Assembly (NCBI GenBank): GCA_038148435.1
Contig: JAYQVM010000002.1
Coordinates: 1-50,768 of the forward strand
Reading direction: 5' to 3'
Source of the DNA: Gammaproteobacteria bacterium
Lineage (GTDB): Bacteria; Pseudomonadota; Gammaproteobacteria; Pseudomonadales; Pseudohongiellaceae
Length of the DNA stretch: 50,768 nt
This document shows, piece by piece, positions 1 to 7,097 of this stretch. The stretch's first letter is position 1, and every line of letters starts with the position of its first letter. Under the pieces are notes generated by a model. That model ran no database searches. It saw only the letters and a program-made list of their open reading frames with translations, and was not told the DNA's origin. The position numbers and the translations under genes are program-made.

Positions 1-1
1 C

Positions 2-751
2 TCGACCGACATGCGCCGTTTTGAAAACCTGCAGATTCTGGGCAACCTGCCCAGTAGACGACTAACTTCATCGCCGGATGGCAAACTTTTCATTACTACC
101 GTCGGCTATATGGAGCTGCGCCCGGAAGTTCAGGACCTGACCAGCTTGCGTGGCAAGGTCCTGCGGATTAACGCCGATGGCTCTATCCCTGCGGATAATC
201 CCTATGTCGGTCTCAAAAATGTCCGTCCTGAAATCTATGCTATCGGGCATCGTGATTCAGATGGCACAATGCTGCATCCTCAGACTGGAGAGCTGTGGAC
301 CGTTGAGCATGGACCAATGGGCGGTGATGAACTGAATGTGGTTCGAGCGGGACAAAACAGCGGCTGGCCCTATATTACCTATGGCAAGGAATATGACGGC
401 TCGGAGATCGGTCCCACCCAGTGGCCAGGTGTGGCGCAACCTCTTTATTACTGGTTTCCTTCGCTGGCGCCATCAGGCCTGATTATGGTCGAAAGTGAAC
501 GTTTCCCCGGTTGGCAAGGCAATGTCCTGATTGGCTCATTGAGTCCGCCGCAGGGGCGCTTCCTGATTCGACTGGTCATGGATGGTGAGCGGGTGATTGG
601 CGAGGAGCACCTGCTGGTGGATTATGATCGCCGCATTCGGGATATCACTGAAGCGCCCGATGGGACAATCTATCTGCTGACTGATCCGGAAAATGATGCT
701 GATGCTGGTCGGGTCTTCCCAGGAGAAGTCATCCGCCTGCTGCCGCGCTAA
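2..751 (+). CDS. PQQ-dependent sugar (glucose/sorbosone) dehydrogenase, C-terminal part; the 5' end is cut by the window edge
   Basis: The frame is open back to position 2. The motif 'AIGHRDSDG..HPQTGELWTVEHGPMGGDELNVVRAGQNSGWPYITYG' is typical of the soluble YliI/sorbosone dehydrogenase beta-propeller family. 246 aa is too short for a complete member. Confidence 0.8.
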   Translation, partial: STDMRRFENLQILGNLPSRRLTSSPDGKLFITTVGYMELRPEVQDLTSLRGKVLRINADGSIPADNPYVGLKNVRPEIYAIGHRDSDGTMLHPQTGELWTVEHGPMGGDELNVVRAGQNSGWPYITYGKEYDGSEIGPTQWPGVAQPLYYWFPSLAPSGLIMVESERFPGWQGNVLIGSLSPPQGRFLIRLVMDGERVIGEEHLLVDYDRRIRDITEAPDGTIYLLTDPENDADAGRVFPGEVIRLLPR

Positions 752-1041
752 CTTCGCACCAAATGGATCGGCTGGGATTCATGCCAGAGATGCGCTCGCT
801 TGGCTACCGCATCGGCAGCTAGTGATTCCAGCATGGCTCCTAGCATTCTTCAGTTCAATCCCAGAGAATATCATAGAGCCTGCATTTGCCCATAACGTTT
901 GGGCTTAGAAAGCCTCGGGATGGCCTGAACAAGGGCTGAATACGGTCTGCCCAGGGGCTTGAAAGAGAGGCAGTTTCTTCATAAATACGATAATATCGAG
1001 GCTGTTCTAAAAGTACTTTAACTAGGAATCCGGCAACTATC

Positions 1042-1302
1042 ATGAAGACATTGACAGCATTTTTCCTGACCCTGTCAGTGCTGAGCCTGCTCTCAGCCTC
1101 AAGTCTTCTTGCGCAGGAGAAAAGTCCTACAGCCGACGCGGCAACGCAGCTTGATCAAAGCGCTGCCCTCGAGCCGCAAGCGGAAACCGCCCCCACACCA
1201 GCAGAGGGCGACAATGCCCCGTCCGTTACCAACAATGAAGATTTCAATCCCAGTGTACAGATATCTGAAGACCTGTCCGTCTCTTTTCCTGTTGATATCT
1301 AA
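1042..1302 (+). CDS. Small secreted acidic Pro/Ala-rich protein (86 aa); first gene of the MotA-vWA operon
   Basis: It has an N-terminal signal peptide 'MKTLTAFFLTLSVLSLLSASSLLA/QE'. The mature part is low-complexity P/A/E-rich. It ends 9 nt before the next gene. I recognise no family. Confidence 0.55.
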   Translation: MKTLTAFFLTLSVLSLLSASSLLAQEKSPTADAATQLDQSAALEPQAETAPTPAEGDNAPSVTNNEDFNPSVQISEDLSVSFPVDI

Positions 1303-1311
1303 GGAAGCCCT

Positions 1312-2127
1312 ATGAAACAACAAGGCATCATTTCCGATTTTGTCTATCAGGTCTTTGCCCTGATTATTTCGGTCATTTTTGTTCACGCTGTTTATGTTGC
1401 CGTGATCCGTCCAAGTGCCGAAGCCATCATGGCCCAACAAAGCGCTATGCAGGAAGCTAACCCTGATTATGTGCAAGAGCGCTCTTTGTATGTTGTCATG
1501 CGCGATTATGAACAGGAAACTTGTATCATCCTGATGTTCTGGGCCCTGTCTATTATCGGGCTGAAGGTATGGCGTAACCGCAAGGAAAACAACCTGCTAC
1601 AGCGCCCCTTGTTGAATGTGTCAGAAGGCATGAGCATTCTGCCTGAAGATGCTCGTAACTTCGCCCGTCCAGTTCAGGCCCTGCACCCTGAGGAACGGGA
1701 ATTCCTATTGCCTAGGGCGCTCTTGTCTGCTCTGCAGCGCTTCAATACCACACGCAGCATCCAAGATGTCTCGAGTGTGGTTAAGGATGTCTGTAACTCC
1801 GAAGCTGAACGCCTGGAAAGTGAGCTTACTATTGTGCGTTATATTGCTTGGGCCATTCCCTCCATCGGTTTTTTGGGAACCGTTCGCGGCATCGGGGAGG
1901 CGTTGGGTCAGGCACAGAGTGCTGTCAGTGGCGATATTCTTGGGGTCACCACCTCTCTGGGGGTGGCCTTCAATTCAACCTTTATTGCTCTGGTTGTCAG
2001 TATCATCATCATGTTTGTCCTTTACCAGTTACAACTTCTGCAGGACCGCCTAGTGCTTGATACCCAGGACTATTGTGACAACTATCTTATTCGGCATATG
2101 CAGGTTCCCGATCATGATGATGATTAA
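1312..2127 (+). CDS. MotA/TolQ/ExbB-family proton-channel protein (271 aa, about 4 TM)
   Basis: The C-terminal signature 'WAIPSIGFLGTVRGIGEALG...TSLGVAFNSTFIALVVSIIIM' parallels ExbB/TolQ 'APFxGLFGTVWGI...GIAEALxxTAxGLxxAIPA'. An SD 'AAGGAAG' lies 6 nt upstream. Two N-terminal TM helices, a cytoplasmic loop of about 95 aa, then two C-terminal TM helices. Confidence 0.85.
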   Translation: MKQQGIISDFVYQVFALIISVIFVHAVYVAVIRPSAEAIMAQQSAMQEANPDYVQERSLYVVMRDYEQETCIILMFWALSIIGLKVWRNRKENNLLQRPLLNVSEGMSILPEDARNFARPVQALHPEEREFLLPRALLSALQRFNTTRSIQDVSSVVKDVCNSEAERLESELTIVRYIAWAIPSIGFLGTVRGIGEALGQAQSAVSGDILGVTTSLGVAFNSTFIALVVSIIIMFVLYQLQLLQDRLVLDTQDYCDNYLIRHMQVPDHDDD

Positions 2128-2132
2128 GCCAT

Positions 2133-3398
2133 ATGACTTCGCTGATTGAACTGCATGACCGTAATATTCGCATCAGCTCGCCGCAGGGCTTATTGCTACA
2201 GAGCCCTGGCTTTGCCAACACGGCCAGCAAAGTGCCGGTCTTCGGCAAGGAGGCCCAAGAAATAACCCGATTGCACCCGCAGGAAAACTTCAATCAATTC
2301 TGGTTCCAGCTCAGCCTTGACCCTTTGGTTAACAAGAACAAACATTTTCGCCACCAGGCCGATCTGGCCTATGGCCATTTAAATAGCCTGCTCACCCAAC
2401 TGAAACTGGCAGGAGAGGCCATCTTCGCAGTACCCAGTCATTACAGTCCCAATCAACTTGCAACGCTGCTGGGTCTGGTCAAACACTGCCCGGTTGATGC
2501 CGCCGGCCTGGTGGATCTGTCCCTACTGGCATTGGCGCAATTGAAGGAGCATCAACATTCCGTATTTATGGATGTCCAGTTACATCAGATCGTCCTGACT
2601 CGCGCCTCTCGGCATGAAGGAGAAATTGTTCGTGAAAAGGTGATTTCAGTTCCAGGAGCCGGACTACTAGCTTTACAGGATGCTTGGGTCAATACCATCA
2701 CGGATGCCTTTATCAAACAAGGCCGCTTTGATCCGCTGCACAATGCCGATACCGAACAGTACATGTATAACGAGTTACAAAACTGGTTAAGCCGCCTCAA
2801 CAGCGAACAGGAAATTCTACTGGAGATTAACAACAAGGGAACTATATATCAGGCCAACCTAAGCCTGAAAAACATTGAGCAGCGCGCCCAGAATATCTAC
2901 AAGCGGGTTGCCCAGGAGCTAGACGCCATGGCTTTAGAAGACAGCGCTGTCTTTGCCCTGGCGCGATTCGCTGAAATGCCTGGTATCACTCAGGCATTAC
3001 CCGATATCCAGGCTGTGCCGGAAGAGCGCTTGGCCGAAAACGCTTATGAGCATCTAAATCTGATCAAGGCTGAGGCTGACGCCATCAAGCTGGTCGCACG
3101 GCTGCCTCTCTCTCAGGGGCAACGCCCGATGGGTTACCAGACCCCTGCCAAATCACGCCCCTCTCACTTTTTATACCAGCACAAGGCTTATGCACTGCCC
3201 AAGCTAGACCTGCCTGAATTAAAGCTCAGCACGCCGATTAGAGTAAGTTTGCAGGAGCAGTGCTATTGGCTTCATAATATTCCAGAGCTGGACTTACAGT
3301 TAAATGGCGCCCCCGTGAACGAGCCTGCCATTCTGAAAGTAGGTGACTGCCTAAAGGTAAACAATAACTTAACCATTGAGTTTATCCAGGTGCAGTAA
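2133..3398 (+). CDS. Degenerate Hsp70/actin-fold (nucleotide-binding-domain-like) protein with a C-terminal FHA-like segment (421 aa)
   Basis: By-eye alignment to the DnaK NBD gives four matches. 'VFGKEAQEITRLHPQENF' matches 'LVGQPAKRQAVTNPQNTL'. 'AIFAVPSHYSPNQLATLLGLVKHCPVDAAGLVDLSLLALA' matches '[41 protein letters not shown]'. 'VFMDVQLHQIVL' matches 'AVYDLGGGTFDI'. 'ARFAEMPGITQAL' matches 'GGQTRMPMVQKKV'. The phosphate-binding motifs are replaced (ELHDRN, DVQLHQ). The tail 'LQLNGAPVNEPAILKVGDCLKVNNNLTIEFIQV' resembles the end of an FHA domain. No signal peptide. Confidence 0.55.
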   Translation: MTSLIELHDRNIRISSPQGLLLQSPGFANTASKVPVFGKEAQEITRLHPQENFNQFWFQLSLDPLVNKNKHFRHQADLAYGHLNSLLTQLKLAGEAIFAVPSHYSPNQLATLLGLVKHCPVDAAGLVDLSLLALAQLKEHQHSVFMDVQLHQIVLTRASRHEGEIVREKVISVPGAGLLALQDAWVNTITDAFIKQGRFDPLHNADTEQYMYNELQNWLSRLNSEQEILLEINNKGTIYQANLSLKNIEQRAQNIYKRVAQELDAMALEDSAVFALARFAEMPGITQALPDIQAVPEERLAENAYEHLNLIKAEADAIKLVARLPLSQGQRPMGYQTPAKSRPSHFLYQHKAYALPKLDLPELKLSTPIRVSLQEQCYWLHNIPELDLQLNGAPVNEPAILKVGDCLKVNNNLTIEFIQVQ

Positions 3399-4498
3399 TG
3401 GCGAAGGACAAACATAGCAAACGTAATTTTAATCCGATGAGCCTAGCTTTTCTGGACGTTATGTCCTGCGGCTTTGGCGCTGTCGTACTGATCTTCCTCA
3501 TACTGGACCACAATACTCAAAATGCCACCAACGTGTTGGACCCCCGCATGGCAGCAGAAATCAACCTGCTGGAAGAACAGATCCTTAACGGTGAAGCGGG
3601 CCTGGTGAGGGTTCGCAATACCTTATCAGATGTAGACCTTCAGGTTGTAGAAGCTCAGGGTTTAGCACGCTCCATTGAAGAGGAAATTGATAATTTTATG
3701 GATCGGCTTCGGGAGCTGGAGGAGAACAACAGTTCCGGCGAAGATGAGATCATGCGCCTAGAACAAGAAATTGCCGCACTGGAAGCCGAGCTGGAAGATC
3801 TGCGAGAAGCCGAAGACCAGTTCACCGGTAATAATATCCGTCAGTTTGTTGGTGATGGTAACCGGCAATACCTGACTGGCCTGATACTGGGCGGCAATCG
3901 CATACTTCTGCTGGTAGATATGTCGACCAGTATGCTAGATGACACCATCGTTAATATTATTCGCCGTCGAAATATGTCTGATGATGCCAAGTTGAATTCC
4001 GATAAATGGCAAAGCGTCCAGAATACGATTGACTGGCTGACCACGCAATTACCTCCACCCAGCCAGTATCAAATTTATGCTTTCAGCGAAGGCGTCAGCC
4101 CGCTGATACCGGGAACGATGGGACAGTGGCTGGAAGTCGCTGACGAGGTTCAGCTAAGTGAAGCAGTGGAAAACTTGCAGCTCATGATTCCTGAGGGGGG
4201 AACCAATCTGACAGGTTTATTCCAGGCTGTACAGGGGCTCTCGCCGCTGCCTGATAATATTTTTTTGATCACGGATGGCCTGCCAACCCGAGATAATCGG
4301 GCCCCGCGCAACAACATCATTTCCGGTCGAGACCGGGAACGCCTGTTTGAGCAGTCAATGGAGTTTCTCCCCGCCGGGATTCCCGTGAATGTCATCCTGA
4401 TGCCGCTGGAGGGAGACCCCATGGCCGCATCTTATTATTGGCAGTTAGCTGTCGCTACTGGCGGATCTTTCATGAGTCCTTCGGAAGACTGGCCCTAG
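3398..4498 (+). CDS. ExbD/TolR-like TM anchor, coiled coil and vWA (MIDAS) domain protein, paralog 1 (366 aa)
   Basis: The start overlaps the previous stop (TAATG). The N-terminus 'NPMSLAFLDVMSCGFGAVVLIFLIL' resembles ExbD/TolR 'PxIDVMLVLLIIF', with a TM Asp at 3455-3457. Residues about 50-140 are heptad-like and charge-rich ('EIMRLEQEIAALEAELEDLREAEDQ'). vWA motifs are 'LLVDMSTSM' (DxSxS at 3917-3931), 'GGTNLTGL' and 'IFLITDGLPT'. Confidence 0.75.
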   Translation: MAKDKHSKRNFNPMSLAFLDVMSCGFGAVVLIFLILDHNTQNATNVLDPRMAAEINLLEEQILNGEAGLVRVRNTLSDVDLQVVEAQGLARSIEEEIDNFMDRLRELEENNSSGEDEIMRLEQEIAALEAELEDLREAEDQFTGNNIRQFVGDGNRQYLTGLILGGNRILLLVDMSTSMLDDTIVNIIRRRNMSDDAKLNSDKWQSVQNTIDWLTTQLPPPSQYQIYAFSEGVSPLIPGTMGQWLEVADEVQLSEAVENLQLMIPEGGTNLTGLFQAVQGLSPLPDNIFLITDGLPTRDNRAPRNNIISGRDRERLFEQSMEFLPAGIPVNVILMPLEGDPMAASYYWQLAVATGGSFMSPSEDWP

Positions 4499-4506
4499 GT
4501 GCAACC

Positions 4507-5505
4507 ATGGCAAAACGACGCGACAATGACTCCTTTAATATCGCTTTCCTAGATGTGATGTCCTGCGGCTTCGGGGCCATGATTCTGCTGCTGATGATTA
4601 CCCGGGTGACCTCGCCAGTTCCGCTGGAAGTCACCGAGGATAGTAGTAGCGGCTCTGTGATGGATCTACAGGAACAATTGTTCGAAATTCGCGGAGAGAC
4701 TAACATCCTCAACCGTGAACTTAATGCGAAGCATGAACAGCTGTCCGTTCATGAAGAGCAGATTGCACGCCTTCGCCGGGAGCTCAGTTCGCTGGAAGAT
4801 CAGCTGAGCAATTCTTCCGACCAGTCATCCGTCAATGCCATTCTGGAAGGACAGCTGGCACTGGCCAGACAACAGCTGACGGAGGAAATGCAACGACTTC
4901 AGGCCAATCAGGGGAACCTGCGCCTCACAGAGTCGGTCGGCGGCGTTCCTGTCGACAGTGAATATATTATTTTTATTATTGATACCTCCGGCAGTATGTA
5001 TAACTACAGCTGGTCACGCATGCTGGAGGTGTTTATTGACACCCTCGACATCTACCCTGAGGTCAAAGGCATTCAGGTGCTCAATGATATGGGTGAGTAT
5101 ATGTTCAATACCTTCCGTGGTGACTGGATTCCCGATACCCCGGCACGACGTTCTGCCATTATTCAGCGGCTGCGAACCTGGAACCCCTTTAGTAACAGCA
5201 GCCCAGTAGAAGGCATCACCTATGCCATTAATACCTTCTATGAGCCAGATAAAAAAATCAGCATTTATGTGCTCGGCGACGAATTTTCCGGCAATTCCAT
5301 TGCTGACGTTGTCGATACTGTTGACAGAATCAATCGTGCCGATGCCCGAGGCAATCGCCTGGTACGTATCCATGGAATTGGTTTCCCCGTGCAATTTGCC
5401 CAACCACGCATGTTCCAGACCACTGGTATTCGCTTTGCTGCGCTGATGAGAGAGCTAGCAAAACGCAATGGTGGAACCTTTGTCGGCCTAAGCGATTTTT
5501 ACTGA
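4507..5505 (+). CDS. ExbD/TolR-like TM anchor, coiled coil and vWA domain protein, paralog 2 (332 aa)
   Basis: I chose the ATG at 4507, which has an SD 'AGGTG' 6 nt upstream and removes the overlap of the 4438 ORF with the previous gene. The N-terminus is 'DSFNIAFLDVMSCGFGAMILLLMI' (Asp at 4552-4554). The coiled coil includes 'QIARLRRELSSLEDQLS...LTEEMQRLQANQ'. The vWA MIDAS is 'FIIDTSGSM' (DxSxS at 4981-4995). The later vWA motifs have diverged ('SSPVEG', 'VLGDEFSG'). Confidence 0.75.
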   Translation: MAKRRDNDSFNIAFLDVMSCGFGAMILLLMITRVTSPVPLEVTEDSSSGSVMDLQEQLFEIRGETNILNRELNAKHEQLSVHEEQIARLRRELSSLEDQLSNSSDQSSVNAILEGQLALARQQLTEEMQRLQANQGNLRLTESVGGVPVDSEYIIFIIDTSGSMYNYSWSRMLEVFIDTLDIYPEVKGIQVLNDMGEYMFNTFRGDWIPDTPARRSAIIQRLRTWNPFSNSSPVEGITYAINTFYEPDKKISIYVLGDEFSGNSIADVVDTVDRINRADARGNRLVRIHGIGFPVQFAQPRMFQTTGIRFAALMRELAKRNGGTFVGLSDFY

Positions 5506-5606
5506 GCCAAACCCCAACAAGTGTTGATGTATTGGTAAACTGGAGTAATATTGGAGCCTAGCGAATATCCATAGCCGCGCTTTCCTCTCCAAAAGGATCA
5601 GGCAAA

Positions 5607-6269
5607 ATGCGGGAAATGATGATTTTAATGATGAGCAGCCTTAAACACATGTTTACCGGGTTCAGGTTTTTGGCCCCTGTTGTTTTATGCAGCCTTTTGC
5701 TGGGTTGCTCTGTCAGCGTTATCGAAATCAGCGGTAACTACCCCTCACCTCTGGTGACTCAACTGCCTCTGACTCTCGGTGTGATTTACGACGACAATTT
5801 CACTAACTACAGCTTTACTGAAATTGATGAATATTCCGGCGAGGATCAGTACATCATCAATAGTGGGACGACTCAGGTTCAGCTATTCAATACTATACTG
5901 CCCGCCGTATTTTACGAGGTGGTCTTTCTTGACAATTTAGAGGATGTTGCATCCCATCCGGGACTGGACATGGTCTTTCAGCCTGCCATCGAGGAATTTC
6001 AGGTCGGCCTGCCCCAAAAAACCCGGCTGGACGTTTATGAAATTTGGGTAAAATATAACATGCGCCTGTCGGCTCCCGATGGGGCTTCGATTGCCGATTG
6101 GGTTATGACCGCCTATGGGAAGTCTCCGCAGGAAACATTTGGCTCGGTGGATGCCGGGGTTAATGAGGCGGCTGTGGAAGCTTTCCGGGATCTGGCGGGC
6201 ACGTTTTCACTGGGCTTCACAAGCATCCCTGAAGTCAACGATTGGTTACGCAGCAATAACATGCTTTAG
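5607..6269 (+). CDS. Predicted lipoprotein, no recognised family (220 aa or less)
   Basis: It has a signal peptide with the lipobox 'LLLGC|S'. Several in-frame Met codons near the start leave the exact start uncertain. Same strand as the vWA operon, 101 nt downstream of it. Confidence 0.55.
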   Translation: MREMMILMMSSLKHMFTGFRFLAPVVLCSLLLGCSVSVIEISGNYPSPLVTQLPLTLGVIYDDNFTNYSFTEIDEYSGEDQYIINSGTTQVQLFNTILPAVFYEVVFLDNLEDVASHPGLDMVFQPAIEEFQVGLPQKTRLDVYEIWVKYNMRLSAPDGASIADWVMTAYGKSPQETFGSVDAGVNEAAVEAFRDLAGTFSLGFTSIPEVNDWLRSNNML

Positions 6270-6355
6270 CTGCCAGCAGGCTCTTTGTGATCCATCACAA
6301 ATTCCTCAGCGTAAAAAATTAAGTAGTCTATTACTGCATTTGCAGGAGTGTCAGC

Positions 6356-7027
6356 ATGAAAACGGTCAATCTCTTATTGAAAGCCTTTCTGGCTGGAGGC
6401 TTACTATTGCTAATAAGCGCCTGTACTACAACCGAAATTGATGAATTCCGCCAGTCCTCAACAAAAATTGAGGAAGATTCTAGCATTGTCATTCTCGGTC
6501 GTAGACAGAGCAACGCCTATGAGACTGAGGAGAATTTTGTACAGTGTGTTGGCAATGTAGTTGCCTCAGGTTCAGATGGTATCAACGTCATCCCTGAACC
6601 GCTCTTTCTGGATGAAATGTTTCCTTTTTTCGAGCCGCGAATGGCTCCGATGCGTACCGATCATCTTGCCCAGTTAATGCAGCAGGAAGAAGCAGCCAAG
6701 AAATTTGAAGATTTTGGTGTTAAATACATTGTCTGGCTGGATGGTCAGACTCAGCGCTCCGGGGAAACAGGCTCTCTTTCCTGTGTCATTGGTCCTGGCG
6801 GTGGCGGATGCTTTGGTTTTGGCACCTGGGTCGATGACTCCAATTTTGAAGCCGAAATATGGGATTTGGATAATCTCAGCACAGCCGGCGCTATCAGTGC
6901 AGACGCCAATGGACAGTCCTATGTGCCGGCTATAGTTTTGCCTATTCCTCTGTTGGCCAGAGTTGAGACCAGCGCCTGTAGTGGTCTGGGAGAGCAGCTC
7001 AAAACCTTCCTTCGTGGCAATGCCTAA
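6356..7027 (+). CDS. Predicted lipoprotein, no recognised family (223 aa)
   Basis: 'MKTVNLLLKAFLAGGLLLLISAC|TTT' is a classic lipoprotein signal with lipobox. There is a Gly-rich segment 'GPGGGGCFGFGTW' and several Cys residues. Confidence 0.6.
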   Translation: MKTVNLLLKAFLAGGLLLLISACTTTEIDEFRQSSTKIEEDSSIVILGRRQSNAYETEENFVQCVGNVVASGSDGINVIPEPLFLDEMFPFFEPRMAPMRTDHLAQLMQQEEAAKKFEDFGVKYIVWLDGQTQRSGETGSLSCVIGPGGGGCFGFGTWVDDSNFEAEIWDLDNLSTAGAISADANGQSYVPAIVLPIPLLARVETSACSGLGEQLKTFLRGNA

Positions 7028-7097
7028 GCTTAAGCCAGCCATTAAAGTGGACTTGTTTTAAGCCAGTATTCAGCTTCAAATAAGATATAATAAAACC

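Noticed and set aside
4438-4506. The upstream extension of the second vWA gene in the ORF track (start at 4438)
   Set aside because: It would overlap the end of the previous gene by 61 nt in another frame. The ATG at 4507 has a good SD and yields an N-terminus parallel to the paralog (MAK...FLDVMSCGFGA).
1312-5505. Whether the MotA-like operon is a known system (Zorya, Tol-Pal, ExbBD-TonB, MotAB/PomAB, GldLM)
   Set aside because: The operon has no ZorC/ZorD-like large proteins, and the long coiled coil is on the B-type subunits rather than on the A subunit. It has no TolA/TonB Pro-rich anchored protein, and no TolB or Pal. There is no OmpA-like peptidoglycan-binding domain on the anchor proteins, and no flagellar or gliding genes lie nearby. 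I therefore treat it as uncharacterised rather than assigning a known name.
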